A stretch of 64,000 nucleotides of DNA. It comes from a virus. The stretch lies in the IMG/VR virus record IMGVR_UViG_3300035698_015907. The stretch is one strand, 5' to 3'. The position numbers and the translations under genes are program-made. Below are positions 21,759 to 30,028 of this stretch, one piece after another (position 1 is the first letter of the stretch; every line of letters starts with the position of its first letter). The notes under the pieces are model-generated. The model made no database searches and was not told the origin of the DNA. It worked only from the letters and a program-made list of their open reading frames with translations.

Positions 21759-23264
21759 ATGAACAAGTTTATGAAGTCACTAAAGACAAATCAAGAAAAG
21801 AAGCTAACCGAGAATGGAGGAATTACTTTTGATTCCTCGGGTCAATCTAATGTTGATCTGTTTTTCCAAATCGGTGCACTTCGTGGTCAAGAACCAGATC
21901 GGCTTTATAGACTTTTTTCTAAGGCTTACGGCGAAAATAAAGAACTAGCAATTAGAACTATGTTGTGGGTTCGTGATGTTAGGGGAGGAGCTGGTGAACG
22001 CAAGATTTTTAGGGATCTACTAACCTGGCTCGAAACTAATGATCGCGATATTTTGGTAGATATTCTTCCAGCGATTCCAGAGCTGGGACGTTGGGACGAT
22101 CTTTTGGTTTTCGGTACTAAGAAATTCAAGACCAATGCTTTCAATATGATTGAACAAGCTTTGGGCGAAGCAAATGGTCTTTGTGCAAAATGGATGCCTC
22201 GAAAGGGCGTCGTTGCAAATGAACTTAGAAACCATATGAAACTTTCACCGAAGCGATATAGAAAACTTCTAGTTGAATTAACTAATGTTGTCGAAAATCA
22301 GCTTTGCGCTAAGCAGTGGGAAGACGTTAATTATGAAAAAGTTCCTTCTGTAGCTCAGTCTAGATATAATAGAACTTTCCTACGACATGATGAGGAAAGG
22401 TATCGTGAATTTAGTGAAAAAGCTAAGACATATGCTGAAGCTGTAGCATCAGGTGAACCGATTCCAGATGATGTTGAAAAGGTAAAAATCAATGCTGGTG
22501 CCGTATATCCATATGATGTTTTGAAGTCTGTCGTTAATAGTTATTTTGGCGGCTATGGTTATGGAGCACAAGATAATAGTTTCAGTGTCGATACTGTTAG
22601 AGCACAGTGGTTGACTTTGCCTAATTATATAGGAAATAATAGTGTTCTTCCTATGGTTGATGTTTCAGGATCAATGACTTCATTGATTGGTTCGAAAAAT
22701 CTAAGTGCGTTGCAAGTTGCATTGTCACTTGGTTTGTATATGTCTGGAAAGAACAGCGGCGCATTTCATAATGCTCTATTGACTTTCACTTCTGTGCCGG
22801 AGTTGATTCACTTGAAGGGTGAAGATATTATTGCTCATATAGAGCAGATGTCTAAAGATCGCTGGTATGGATCTACAAACGTTTCTGCAGCATTTACAAA
22901 GATTTTGTCTTTCGCAGTTAAGAATGCTGTTCCACAGGAAGATATGCCTGAATATATCATAGTATTTTCTGATATGGAATTTGATCGTGCTGATCGTACT
23001 GGTGGTGAAACTGCATCTGAAGATATGGAAATCCAGTTTTCTAGTGCTGGCTATAGAGTTCCTAAAGTTGTTTGGTGGAATATCCAATCACGTCAGGATA
23101 ATGTACCAGTATCATTTAATAAGAATGGTGCTGCTCTAGTTTCTGGTTTTTCGCCATCTCTTGCAAAGAACATCATGAGTGGTGAAAGTATTAATCCAAC
23201 TGAAATGATGCTAAAAGTTATCATGGACGAAAGATACGATCTAAAGAAGTATGCAGCCGCTTAA
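21759..23264 (+). CDS. DUF2828 / TROVE(Ro60)-like protein with C-terminal vWA domain
   Basis: TENG, RDVRGGAGER, GRWDDL, AKWMPR, MIDAS VDVSGSM, FSDMEFD, LVSGFSP; own sigma70 promoter at about 21663-21691. Confidence 0.85.
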   Translation: MNKFMKSLKTNQEKKLTENGGITFDSSGQSNVDLFFQIGALRGQEPDRLYRLFSKAYGENKELAIRTMLWVRDVRGGAGERKIFRDLLTWLETNDRDILVDILPAIPELGRWDDLLVFGTKKFKTNAFNMIEQALGEANGLCAKWMPRKGVVANELRNHMKLSPKRYRKLLVELTNVVENQLCAKQWEDVNYEKVPSVAQSRYNRTFLRHDEERYREFSEKAKTYAEAVASGEPIPDDVEKVKINAGAVYPYDVLKSVVNSYFGGYGYGAQDNSFSVDTVRAQWLTLPNYIGNNSVLPMVDVSGSMTSLIGSKNLSALQVALSLGLYMSGKNSGAFHNALLTFTSVPELIHLKGEDIIAHIEQMSKDRWYGSTNVSAAFTKILSFAVKNAVPQEDMPEYIIVFSDMEFDRADRTGGETASEDMEIQFSSAGYRVPKVVWWNIQSRQDNVPVSFNKNGAALVSGFSPSLAKNIMSGESINPTEMMLKVIMDERYDLKKYAAA

Positions 23265-23474
23265 AGAAAGAGTAAAATGAAGAATTTTTTTCTAGATCCT
23301 TTGTTTTGGCTATGTTTTGTTGGTGTACTTTTTGTATCAGGATTATGTTCAGTGTTCATTTATCCTGATTCACCAGCAGTAGGTAGATTTATCGCAGCAT
23401 TTCTTATTGGAATTGTTGGAGGTAAGTTTTATGGAGTTCTTTCAAAATAAGAGGACCACGGCCCTCTTATTTTA

Positions 23475-23503
23475 TTGACAAATGCATTTATCTCGTATAA
23501 ATA
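23475..23503 (+). promoter_or_regulatory. promoter of tRNA array (TTGACA plus TATAAATA)
   Basis: TTGACA 23475-80, TATAAATA 23496-503, after a terminator hairpin at about 23446-23472. Confidence 0.65.
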
Positions 23504-23518
23504 GATGCATATGATTAT

Positions 23519-23590
23519 GGGGTAGGCGTCGGGACGCAAGTTTCCTTTGCACGGAGACTGTCGAGGGTTCAACTCCCTTCTACTCCACCA
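23519..23590 (+). tRNA. tRNA-Ala(TGC)
   Basis: cloverleaf, G3:U70, CCA. Confidence 0.85.
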
Positions 23591-23591
23591 C

Positions 23592-23667
23592 GGGCCCATA
23601 GCTCAGCTGGGAGAGCGTCTGAATGGCATTCAGAAGGTCGTCGGTTCGATCCCGATTGGGTCCACCA
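23592..23667 (+). tRNA. tRNA-Ala(GGC)
   Basis: cloverleaf, CCA. Confidence 0.92.
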
Positions 23668-23717
23668 AATTTTTATGGTTGACAAGGTAAGTTTTACTTG
23701 GTATAATTAATTATAAT

Positions 23718-23792
23718 GCGGGTATAGCTCAGTGGCAGAGCTTTAGTTTTCCAAACTAAGAGTCGTGGGTTCGATCCCCATTGCCCGCTCCA
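23718..23792 (+). tRNA. tRNA-Gly(TCC)
   Basis: cloverleaf, U73 CCA. Confidence 0.92.
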
Positions 23793-23906
23793 AACATCGG
23801 AGATTGCGCTTTGAGTAAAACTCTTAAGTTCGTCTTCTACATCGGTTTATTGAAAATTGCAATATTAACGGTGATTATAGTGTATATAATGACGTTTTAG
23901 AAATAT

Positions 23907-23982
23907 GCCCCGGTAGGCAAACGGCAAAGCCGCTCTTCTCAAAAGAGAGTGTATGTAGGTTCGACTCTTACCCGGGGCACCA
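23907..23982 (+). tRNA. tRNA-Leu(CAA), short variable region
   Basis: loop CTCAAAA, CCA. Confidence 0.88.
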
Positions 23983-23991
23983 GATTTAACT

Positions 23992-24075
23992 GCGCTTGTG
24001 GCGGAATGGTAGACGCACTGGTTTTAGGTACCAACGCCGAAAGGCATGGAGGTTCGAGTCCTCTCAAGCGCACCA
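23992..24075 (+). tRNA. tRNA-Leu(TAG)
   Basis: type II cloverleaf, CCA. Confidence 0.92.
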
Positions 24076-24145
24076 ATTATCATTAGAATGGAGGCGAGAT
24101 TCAAGCACATTCTAATGAAGGGACGATGCATCGTCCCGGTGATAT

Positions 24146-24218
24146 GCCTGTGAAACTAAGTAGTTCGATCGTTCTCATAAGACGATTCGCGGAGGGGCGG
24201 GACCTCCCATAGGTACCA
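24146..24218 (+). tRNA. tRNA-Met(CAT), divergent T-loop
   Basis: acceptor GCCTGTG/CATAGGT, loop CTCATAA, T-loop GGCGGGA. Confidence 0.75.
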
Positions 24219-24230
24219 ATTTTGAATAAT

Positions 24231-24305
24231 GCTCTTGTCGTCTAGTGGCTAAGGCGTTCGGCCGATAACCGAGAAAACATGGATCGAAACCATGCTGGAG
24301 CACCA
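24231..24305 (+). tRNA. tRNA-Ile(GAT), C33 instead of U33
   Basis: loop CCGATAA, CCA. Confidence 0.8.
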
Positions 24306-24312
24306 AATGAAT

Positions 24313-24398
24313 GCGATTGTGGTGGAATGGTAGACACGATAGCTTGAGGGGCTATTGAGGTAACACTCGTGAAGGTTCAAATCCTTTCAGTCGCACCA
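24313..24398 (+). tRNA. tRNA-Leu(GAG)
   Basis: type II cloverleaf, CCA. Confidence 0.92.
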
Positions 24399-24604
24399 AA
24401 GAATTAGGCTCTGAATTCGGCATAATAATCAGTCTTTTTGCGAGGACAATGATTAAAACCGGAACTAGCGCAAACTAGTACTGTATCTGAGATGGTATAG
24501 GTTTCCTGTGAAGGGAATGGGCTGGATTATAAAGTTTGAAAGAGTTCTTTGAGAACGTTTAAGTTTACTTAAATAAAGGTTCGATTCCTTTTCTTTCTCA
24601 GAAT

Positions 24605-24697
24605 TGCGGGGTTGAGAAGTCTGGTCATCTCCCTGGTCTCATAAGCCAGTAGCGCAACGACGTTGCGTCGGGGGTTCAAATCCCCCTCCCGCTTCCA
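24605..24697 (+). tRNA. tRNA-Met(CAT) with long variable arm (possibly initiator-derived)
   Basis: loop CTCATAA; extra arm GCGCAAC/GTTGCGT; probable 1:72 mismatch. Confidence 0.75.
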
Positions 24698-24814
24698 GTA
24701 TAGGTCTATCAATCCCTCAGAGTTTGACTCTGAAATAATAGATTGTTGATAACAGGTGCGTAACTACAACAATATTTGGAGCCCAAGGTGATCCAAATGC
24801 CTATAAACTAATAT

Positions 24815-24895
24815 GGACCTGGAGCGTAAAGCTACTCAGGAGAGAGCAATGGCTTCAGCCATCCGCAGGAGGTTCGATACCTCCCAGGTCTTCCA
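24815..24895 (+). ncRNA. tRNA-like RNA, 8/4 fold, TTCA tetraloop at anticodon position
   Basis: acceptor GGACCTGG/CCAGGTCT, T-loop TTCGATA, CCA; same scaffold as the tRNA-Lys at 40852. Confidence 0.6.
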
Positions 24896-25005
24896 TTGTT
24901 GGTATCTAACACCAATAGAAGTTAGATATTTTTGAAACCCCTGCCGATGTGGGCTCAAGAAGAATGTTGAATATCGGATAGGTAAGTTTGAAGGCTTACC
25001 GAACT

Positions 25006-25080
25006 GCTCGAGTATTCTAATGGCAGTGATCATTCCTTGGTACGGAATGGGTCTGGGTTCGATTCCCGGTTCGAGCACCA
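25006..25080 (+). tRNA. tRNA-Thr(GGT)
   Basis: cloverleaf, CCA. Confidence 0.9.
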
Positions 25081-25300
25081 TAGAATTTAAATGAAAGAAT
25101 TTGTGAATGTCAGATACTGTTATTGATAACTTATATGTTCGGATTTTTTTATACATTCGGTGTAAATTACAATGACCATTCAGAGTTAGAACAAAAACTT
25201 GATACTGGTGTGATTGTTGCTAGATCATTAACTCTCAGTATTTTTGGCCAATATATTGGCCTGCTAGAATATCAATTGATTTGACTAAAAACTAATAAAT

Positions 25301-25376
25301 GCCTCATAGGTGAAAATGGCTGTCATGCCTCTCTTGTAAGGAGGAGGACTCGGTTCGAATCCGGGATGGGGCACCA
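25301..25376 (+). tRNA. tRNA-Thr(TGT)
   Basis: cloverleaf, CCA. Confidence 0.9.
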
Positions 25377-25385
25377 CAAATTTAA

Positions 25386-25460
25386 GCTCGGTTAACTCAG
25401 CGGAAGAGTGTCTCTTTTACACGGAGAAAGTCGTGGGTTCGATCCCCTCACCGAGTACCA
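25386..25460 (+). tRNA. tRNA-Val(TAC)
   Basis: cloverleaf, CCA. Confidence 0.92.
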
Positions 25461-25467
25461 ATTTAGA

Positions 25468-25542
25468 GCCTGATTAGCTCAGAGGAAGAGCACTACGTTG
25501 ACATCGTAGGGGCGGCAGGATCGTTACCTGCATCAGGCACCA
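25468..25542 (+). tRNA. tRNA-Val(GAC)
   Basis: cloverleaf, CCA. Confidence 0.9.
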
Positions 25543-25547
25543 TTAAT

Positions 25548-25622
25548 GCGGTTGTAGCTCAGTGGAAGAGCGAAACATTGCCAATGTTTAGGTCGCGGGT
25601 TCAATCCCCGCCAGCCGCTCCA
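25548..25622 (+). tRNA. tRNA-Gly(GCC)
   Basis: cloverleaf, CCA. Confidence 0.92.
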
Positions 25623-25639
25623 TTAAATGGATATTCTAT

Positions 25640-26065
25640 ATGAATGATGATAAAGAGGAAGTTTGGCGCTTTGATGAAAAATCAAATGAGCATAGCGTTG
25701 AATTTGATAATACATTCATAGATGGAAAATATACTGAATATGTTCCATTAGAAGATCCTAAAGATAGAGCAAGGCAATTACATGTAATTGAACACTATGT
25801 ATCTAATACTGTACATGTACTTAATACTAATATTAAATCTTGGATCGGTCAGCGTTTCAAAATACAAATTGGGAAGTATAAAGGATATACTGGTACAGTA
25901 ATTGATTGTATAATAGTTGCTTGTTATAATAGAAATGACGGCAGAAGTTATGGAATCAATTTTATGCTTGAAATAGATAGAAAAGATGGTTCTGGCACTA
26001 TTGCTATTGGTCCGAATTATTGGACTCGAGTTTATTATGCTGCTCATGATTTAGAAACTATATGA
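25640..26065 (+). CDS. hypothetical protein
   Basis: 141-aa ORF inside tRNA array. Confidence 0.6.
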   Translation: MNDDKEEVWRFDEKSNEHSVEFDNTFIDGKYTEYVPLEDPKDRARQLHVIEHYVSNTVHVLNTNIKSWIGQRFKIQIGKYKGYTGTVIDCIIVACYNRNDGRSYGINFMLEIDRKDGSGTIAIGPNYWTRVYYAAHDLETI

Positions 26066-26256
26066 GAAAATTTATTTTAGAACTTGAAATTGATGGTGAT
26101 CAGCACGAAAGATTCGAAGAAGTTCGTTTGAGAGATATTGAAAAAGATCGGTTATTAACAGAAGCTGGTTGGCAAATACTTCGAATAAAGTGGAAAGATA
26201 TGTTCAAAGATACTAAATTTTGGACACAGAAAGCCAATAGTTTTATTGGGTTGTAG
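26062..26256 (+). pseudogene. C-terminal fragment of a DUF559/Vsr-like endonuclease
   Basis: LEIDGDQH..RD..KD..L...GWQILRIKW; N-terminal half absent; runs into tRNA-Asn. Confidence 0.65.
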
Positions 26257-26321
26257 CTCAACGGTAGAGCACCGAGCTGTTAACTCGACGGTTGCAGGTT
26301 CGAATCCTGCCCTCCCAGCCA
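26247..26321 (+). tRNA. tRNA-Asn(GTT), mismatched acceptor stem
   Basis: loop CTGTTAA, G73 CCA. Confidence 0.85.
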
Positions 26322-26365
26322 ATTCCTAAGCTTCGTTCGAATCGAAGTGCAGGAGCCATTTATTA

Positions 26366-26442
26366 CTGGCTATAGCTCAGCTTGGCAGAGCGCCTGCTTT
26401 GGGAGCAGGAAGTCGGAGGTTCAAATCCTCCTAGCCAGACCA
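26366..26442 (+). tRNA. tRNA-Pro(TGG)
   Basis: cloverleaf, CCA. Confidence 0.92.
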
Positions 26443-26453
26443 AATTATGAATA

Positions 26454-26531
26454 CTGTGTGTAGCTCAGCTTGCGAAGAGCGCTTCCCTCGGAAGGAAGAG
26501 GCCAGAGGTTCAAATCCTCTCACACAGACCA
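26454..26531 (+). tRNA. tRNA-Pro(CGG)
   Basis: cloverleaf, CCA. Confidence 0.9.
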
Positions 26532-26535
26532 AAAT

Positions 26536-26610
26536 ATGGGTGTAGCTCAGAGGAAGAGCACGAGTCTCCAAAACTCGGTGTCGGGATTTCGAAATTCCCC
26601 ACCCATGCCA
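26536..26610 (+). tRNA. tRNA-Trp(CCA)
   Basis: loop CTCCAAA, G73 CCA. Confidence 0.9.
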
Positions 26611-26789
26611 ATTTAGAATATTGATATGAAACTTTATCGATATAAAAGGAATGGACAGCTTTATCTTTTGTATAAAGTAAATCCACCTAGACAAACTGGT
26701 AGTTATTATGAAGCTGTTGGATATAGTCATCATGATGTTATCAAGAATGTAAAGTTAAAGGATTTCGTATTAAAATATAATAATTAAAT

Positions 26790-26865
26790 GCCCATCAAGC
26801 TAACCAGGTGGAAGCGCTTGTCTGAAGAACAAGAGGGCTCCGATCAATACGGAGGATGGGCACCA
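26790..26865 (+). tRNA. tRNA-Phe(GAA)
   Basis: loop CTGAAGA, CCA. Confidence 0.88.
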
Positions 26866-26872
26866 TATTCAA

Positions 26873-26939
26873 GGTATACTTACAGCAACTATTGCCTTAA
26901 GGGCATTCAAACTTGAACTTTGAAGAAGAATGTATACCG
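26873..26939 (+). ncRNA. UUACAGCA stem RNA 1 (putative Y-like RNA)
   Basis: GGTATAC-TTACAGCAA...GTATACC-G; internal anticodon-like hairpin TTCAAA-CTTGAAC-TTTGAA. Confidence 0.65.
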
Positions 26940-26951
26940 ATAACTACATAA

Positions 26952-27028
26952 TGCCCTCTAGCACAATTGGTAGTGGCGCCTGGCTCTGAACCAGGAGGTT
27001 CTAGGTTCGAGACCTGGGAGGGCAACCA
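26952..27028 (+). tRNA. tRNA-Gln(CTG)
   Basis: U1:A72, loop CTCTGAA, CCA. Confidence 0.9.
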
Positions 27029-27117
27029 TTTTAAGGATATGAAATGTCGATATTGTTTGTTCCAGTATTAATAGGAATATCATTAGCGTTTCATATCCTT
27101 CGTACTAAAGATACTAA

Positions 27118-27181
27118 AGGATCATTACAGCATTAATACTATTTCAGATAATAAGGCGCTGTTCAGACAGCATTGATCCTG
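27118..27181 (+). ncRNA. UUACAGCA stem RNA 2
   Basis: AGGATCA-TTACAGCAT...TGATCCT-G; internal GCTG-TTCAGA-CAGC hairpin. Confidence 0.6.
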
Positions 27182-27282
27182 AAATTATAATTATTGTTTT
27201 GCTGCAGCATAATTTATTAGCTGGTTCGATTCCGACTATCCCCGCCATATGGGGATTTTGGTAAAAACAAACCAGAAAAATT

Positions 27283-27370
27283 GGAAGATAAACTGAGTAG
27301 GTCACTCAGGGCTCCCTGGAAAGGAGTACGGTCCCACTGGACTGCGTTTCGAGTACGCTGTCTTCCGCCA
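27283..27370 (+). tRNA. tRNA-Ser(GGA)
   Basis: type II, G73 CCA. Confidence 0.85.
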
Positions 27371-27383
27371 TTAAGGATGTAAA

Positions 27384-27566
27384 ATGTCAGCATTAATTTC
27401 TTTTGTGATAGTCGCAGCTGTTGCGTTGCTTATAGCAGAAATTTGTATTTTTATTGTTAGAAAAGTACCTATCATAGATAACGCAATCAAACAGATTGTA
27501 GAATGGGCAATTTATGCCGTAACTGCAATTTATCTTCTCATGGAAATTTTGAAGTTAGTAGGATAA
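27384..27566 (+). CDS. small two-TM membrane protein
   Basis: 60 aa, hydrophobic. Confidence 0.6.
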   Translation: MSALISFVIVAAVALLIAEICIFIVRKVPIIDNAIKQIVEWAIYAVTAIYLLMEILKLVG

Positions 27567-27646
27567 TAAATCTAACAGGGTTAGACATCGTTTCGAAAAC
27601 GATTGGGTCCTAACGGACTGGGGATCGAGACCTCTATTATCCGCCA
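27561..27646 (+). tRNA. tRNA-Ser(CGA)
   Basis: type II, G73 CCA. Confidence 0.85.
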
Positions 27647-27652
27647 TCTATT

Positions 27653-27739
27653 GGAGAGTCAACCTAACAGGGGTTAGGGCCCGCCTTGAAAGCGGATCGG
27701 TCCTTCGGGACTGGGGTTCGAGTCCTCGGCTCTCCGCCA
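27653..27739 (+). tRNA. tRNA-Ser(TGA)
   Basis: type II, G73 CCA. Confidence 0.9.
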
Positions 27740-27806
27740 TCTAATTAAATTTAATAACATATAATAAACGGTTGACAACGGATGCTAACCGTGGTATAAA
27801 TAAAGT

Positions 27807-28200
27807 CATGATCAAGTTGTTAAGTCAGCAGGTTCATAGCAGATGGTTTCAGGACCCGGGGGCAGTACCCGGCGCCTCCACCATGAGTACACAGTAACAA
27901 AATATATTTTGTTATAACAAAATATTGGTCAGGACTTCCGCGGCCCTGGTTTTATTATAGTTGTTAAACGATCTCACTCGCGATCACTCGCGATGAGATG
28001 CAGAATCTATAATAGTTATCTGTGTATTCTTGATGGGGGCGAAATAGGTTTCGACTGATGCAGTAAACTAGAAAATCGATCATCGTTTTGCACACGCCAG
28101 TGCTCGTAAGATAGATGCCAACGATAATGACATCGCTGTTGAGATGGCCCTAGCGGCTTAATCTCTCGGGGTTCGAAGGTACCTGGCAACAGAAACCTTC
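27807..28200 (+). ncRNA. ssrA: two-piece (permuted) tmRNA, alphaproteobacterial type; tag ANDNDIAVEMALAA
   Basis: acceptor piece ends GACCCGGGGGCAGTACCCGGCGCCTCCACCA (27883); coding piece starts GGGGGCGAAATAGG (28035); tag ORF 28117-28161; 3' CCTGGCAACAGAA motif; promoter TTGACA 27772 / TATAAA 27795. Confidence 0.92.
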
Positions 28201-28216
28201 ACTTAATTTTGGCTAA

Positions 28217-28340
28217 AGGATTGTTACAGCAAAATTTATGCTTGGCTTTCAACCACCTTGTCGTAGGTTCGAATCCTACCTTCTCCAATTGGGGAAGTAG
28301 CTCAGTTCGGTAGAGCGGGTAACGCAAAAAAGCAATCCTG
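28217..28340 (+). ncRNA. UUACAGCA stem RNA 3 containing a circularly permuted tRNA (YrlA-like topology)
   Basis: AGGATTGT-TACAGCAAAATTTA, then T arm GTAGG-TTCGAAT-CCTAC, acceptor CTTCTCC-AATT-GGGGAAG, D arm GCTC-AGTTCGGTA-GAGC, then GCAATCCT-G. Confidence 0.8.
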
Positions 28341-28371
28341 ACCAGCATACCACGAATTAATAATTTGAATT

Positions 28372-28448
28372 GCCCCGATAGCTCAACGGTTAGAGCAGAT
28401 GTTTCTAAAGCATTGTGTTGTGGGTTCGAATCCCACTCGGGAGCGCCA
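28372..28448 (+). tRNA. amber suppressor tRNA (anticodon CTA)
   Basis: anticodon arm GATGT-TTCTAAA-GCATT; canonical D and T arms; acceptor with a bulged A; G73 CCA. Confidence 0.85.
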
Positions 28449-28567
28449 TTTGAGGAACTATAATGAATAATTTTTAGATTAATATGGAGGTGATGATGTA
28501 GATCATTAAGAAACCTCCATAAAGTACATATCAATTGAACATTAATTTTAATTCAAGGAGATATGTA

Positions 28568-28969
28568 ATGCATTCTGAAACAAGAAAATGGGTTGAAGAT
28601 TCAATCCGCAATGAATATTTTTTCACCAAAGAAAGTTCTGAGTTTAATAGTCTTTGGCGAGAATATTTTTCAATTATTAATAAGTTTTCAAAAGAGTTGA
28701 ACACCCTCAATACTTCTAAAGAAGTATATTTGGATTGGGTTAAGACTTGGAGAATGTTTTATTCTAAGCTTTCTTATGAAAGTAGAATGTGCAAGAAGGC
28801 TAGGAAAACTACAAAGTTTAGTAATAGTCATGCAGAATATGCCGCTGAAAATGCACGAAGACTTAAGACTGTTGCAACAAGTATGATGCATCTTAGGGCA
28901 GAATCAAAAGAATTTGCCGAAGAATCATATTTAAAAGAACATAAAGAAAAAAGTGAAATAGCAGCTTAA
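28568..28969 (+). CDS. hypothetical helical protein
   Basis: SD AAGGAG; YLDWVKTWRMFY; ends in AA. Confidence 0.65.
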   Translation: MHSETRKWVEDSIRNEYFFTKESSEFNSLWREYFSIINKFSKELNTLNTSKEVYLDWVKTWRMFYSKLSYESRMCKKARKTTKFSNSHAEYAAENARRLKTVATSMMHLRAESKEFAEESYLKEHKEKSEIAA

Positions 28970-29011
28970 ATAAAGGTTGACATGTTAATTCTAGTGTGGT
29001 AATATTACTAC

Positions 29012-29999
29012 ACAATAACAAATTAGCAAATTGCCTTTTAACAAAAGCAGAAAGAAAATATATAACAAGAATTGCGTGTGGCAAATGGATGGTGTTTAGC
29101 CATCGCCTACTAATCAAGGAATAACCTGTCTCTTAAAAGACAAACGAGATTAGATGCAGCAAGAATTGGCGGCGTGACGTCATTAGGATAAGTTCCGTAA
29201 GGAACCCAATGCAGGAATTCCTACATACCTGCTCTGAAAGGCCATTTACGCAGACCTGACCGACATCGCGAGATGTGCTTCGTTTAGAAAACGGACGGAG
29301 ATAAAATGGAAGTCAGGCAGAGGAAATAGCATATGTTTATGTGCCACCTCGGTGGGAACACAAGCATATGAAGAGATCTGGAAAATCCTCTCTGCAACCA
29401 AACTGACCATATTCTACGGTAAAGGGTAGTTCATTTGTTCGAGATCGCAATCAAGAGCTTATGAGCAGTTTTGCGGGTTAAGGGTTTCACTTGTAGTGAA
29501 GTCATTGATCCAAAGAAATCAGCTGAGTAGTCGGCAGACGAAAGGTATGAGGAGTGTTGTATTCTGTATCTAACAAGATTCGGAGCAACTGAGATAGCAC
29601 TTTTCTGTAGGTTAGCATAGCTCAAACTAGAGCAACTCGGTTTTAACGAGTAGGTTGGTGGTCTGATAGCCACCTGTTTATTTAAACGCAAAGACTATCT
29701 CAGATAACCACGTAAAGTGGCAAATGGTTGAACCTTCGGGTAATCAACCCCAAAGAGACTCGCAAGGTCAAATTGGTTCGTATTTAATGTTTCATAAAGG
29801 GAAGCACCCTTGAATGGCCCGCAAGGTCAATGAGAATATGAATGCGGAGTAGTGGTTATTGTTAAGCCTAACGCATGGCTTTAAATTGCGCCATCGATGT
29901 TTTACCGGAAAATTCTGGTGGATGTCTTGTTAATCTCACTCGCAAGGTGTAGAGTACGGCAGGAAGAAGCATCATATAAACGGGTAATCTCACCGTTTT
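29012..29999 (+). ncRNA. GOLLD-like giant structured ncRNA with embedded tRNA-like (TTT) domain
   Basis: about 1 kb without a credible ORF after a TTGACA/TAATAT promoter; many GNRA/UUCG hairpins; GAGTGTTGTATT, GCAACTGAG, terminal CGG-GTAATCTCA-CCG; located in tRNA array. Confidence 0.75.
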
Positions 30000-30028
30000 G
30001 TAATTCTCTTAATGGATTAAGTGATAAA

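Noticed and set aside
24815-24895. Selenocysteine tRNA
   Set aside because: The UCA lies in a 4-nt loop, the long variable arm and G73 are missing, and no sel genes or SECIS context were seen.
29012-29999. Group I/II intron or rRNA fragment
   Set aside because: It interrupts no gene, has its own promoter, and showed no recognisable intron core or rRNA signature by eye.
29897-30028. N-terminal extension of ORF 29897..30412
   Set aside because: It overlaps the structured 3' end of the large ncRNA; ATG 30029 is the plausible start.
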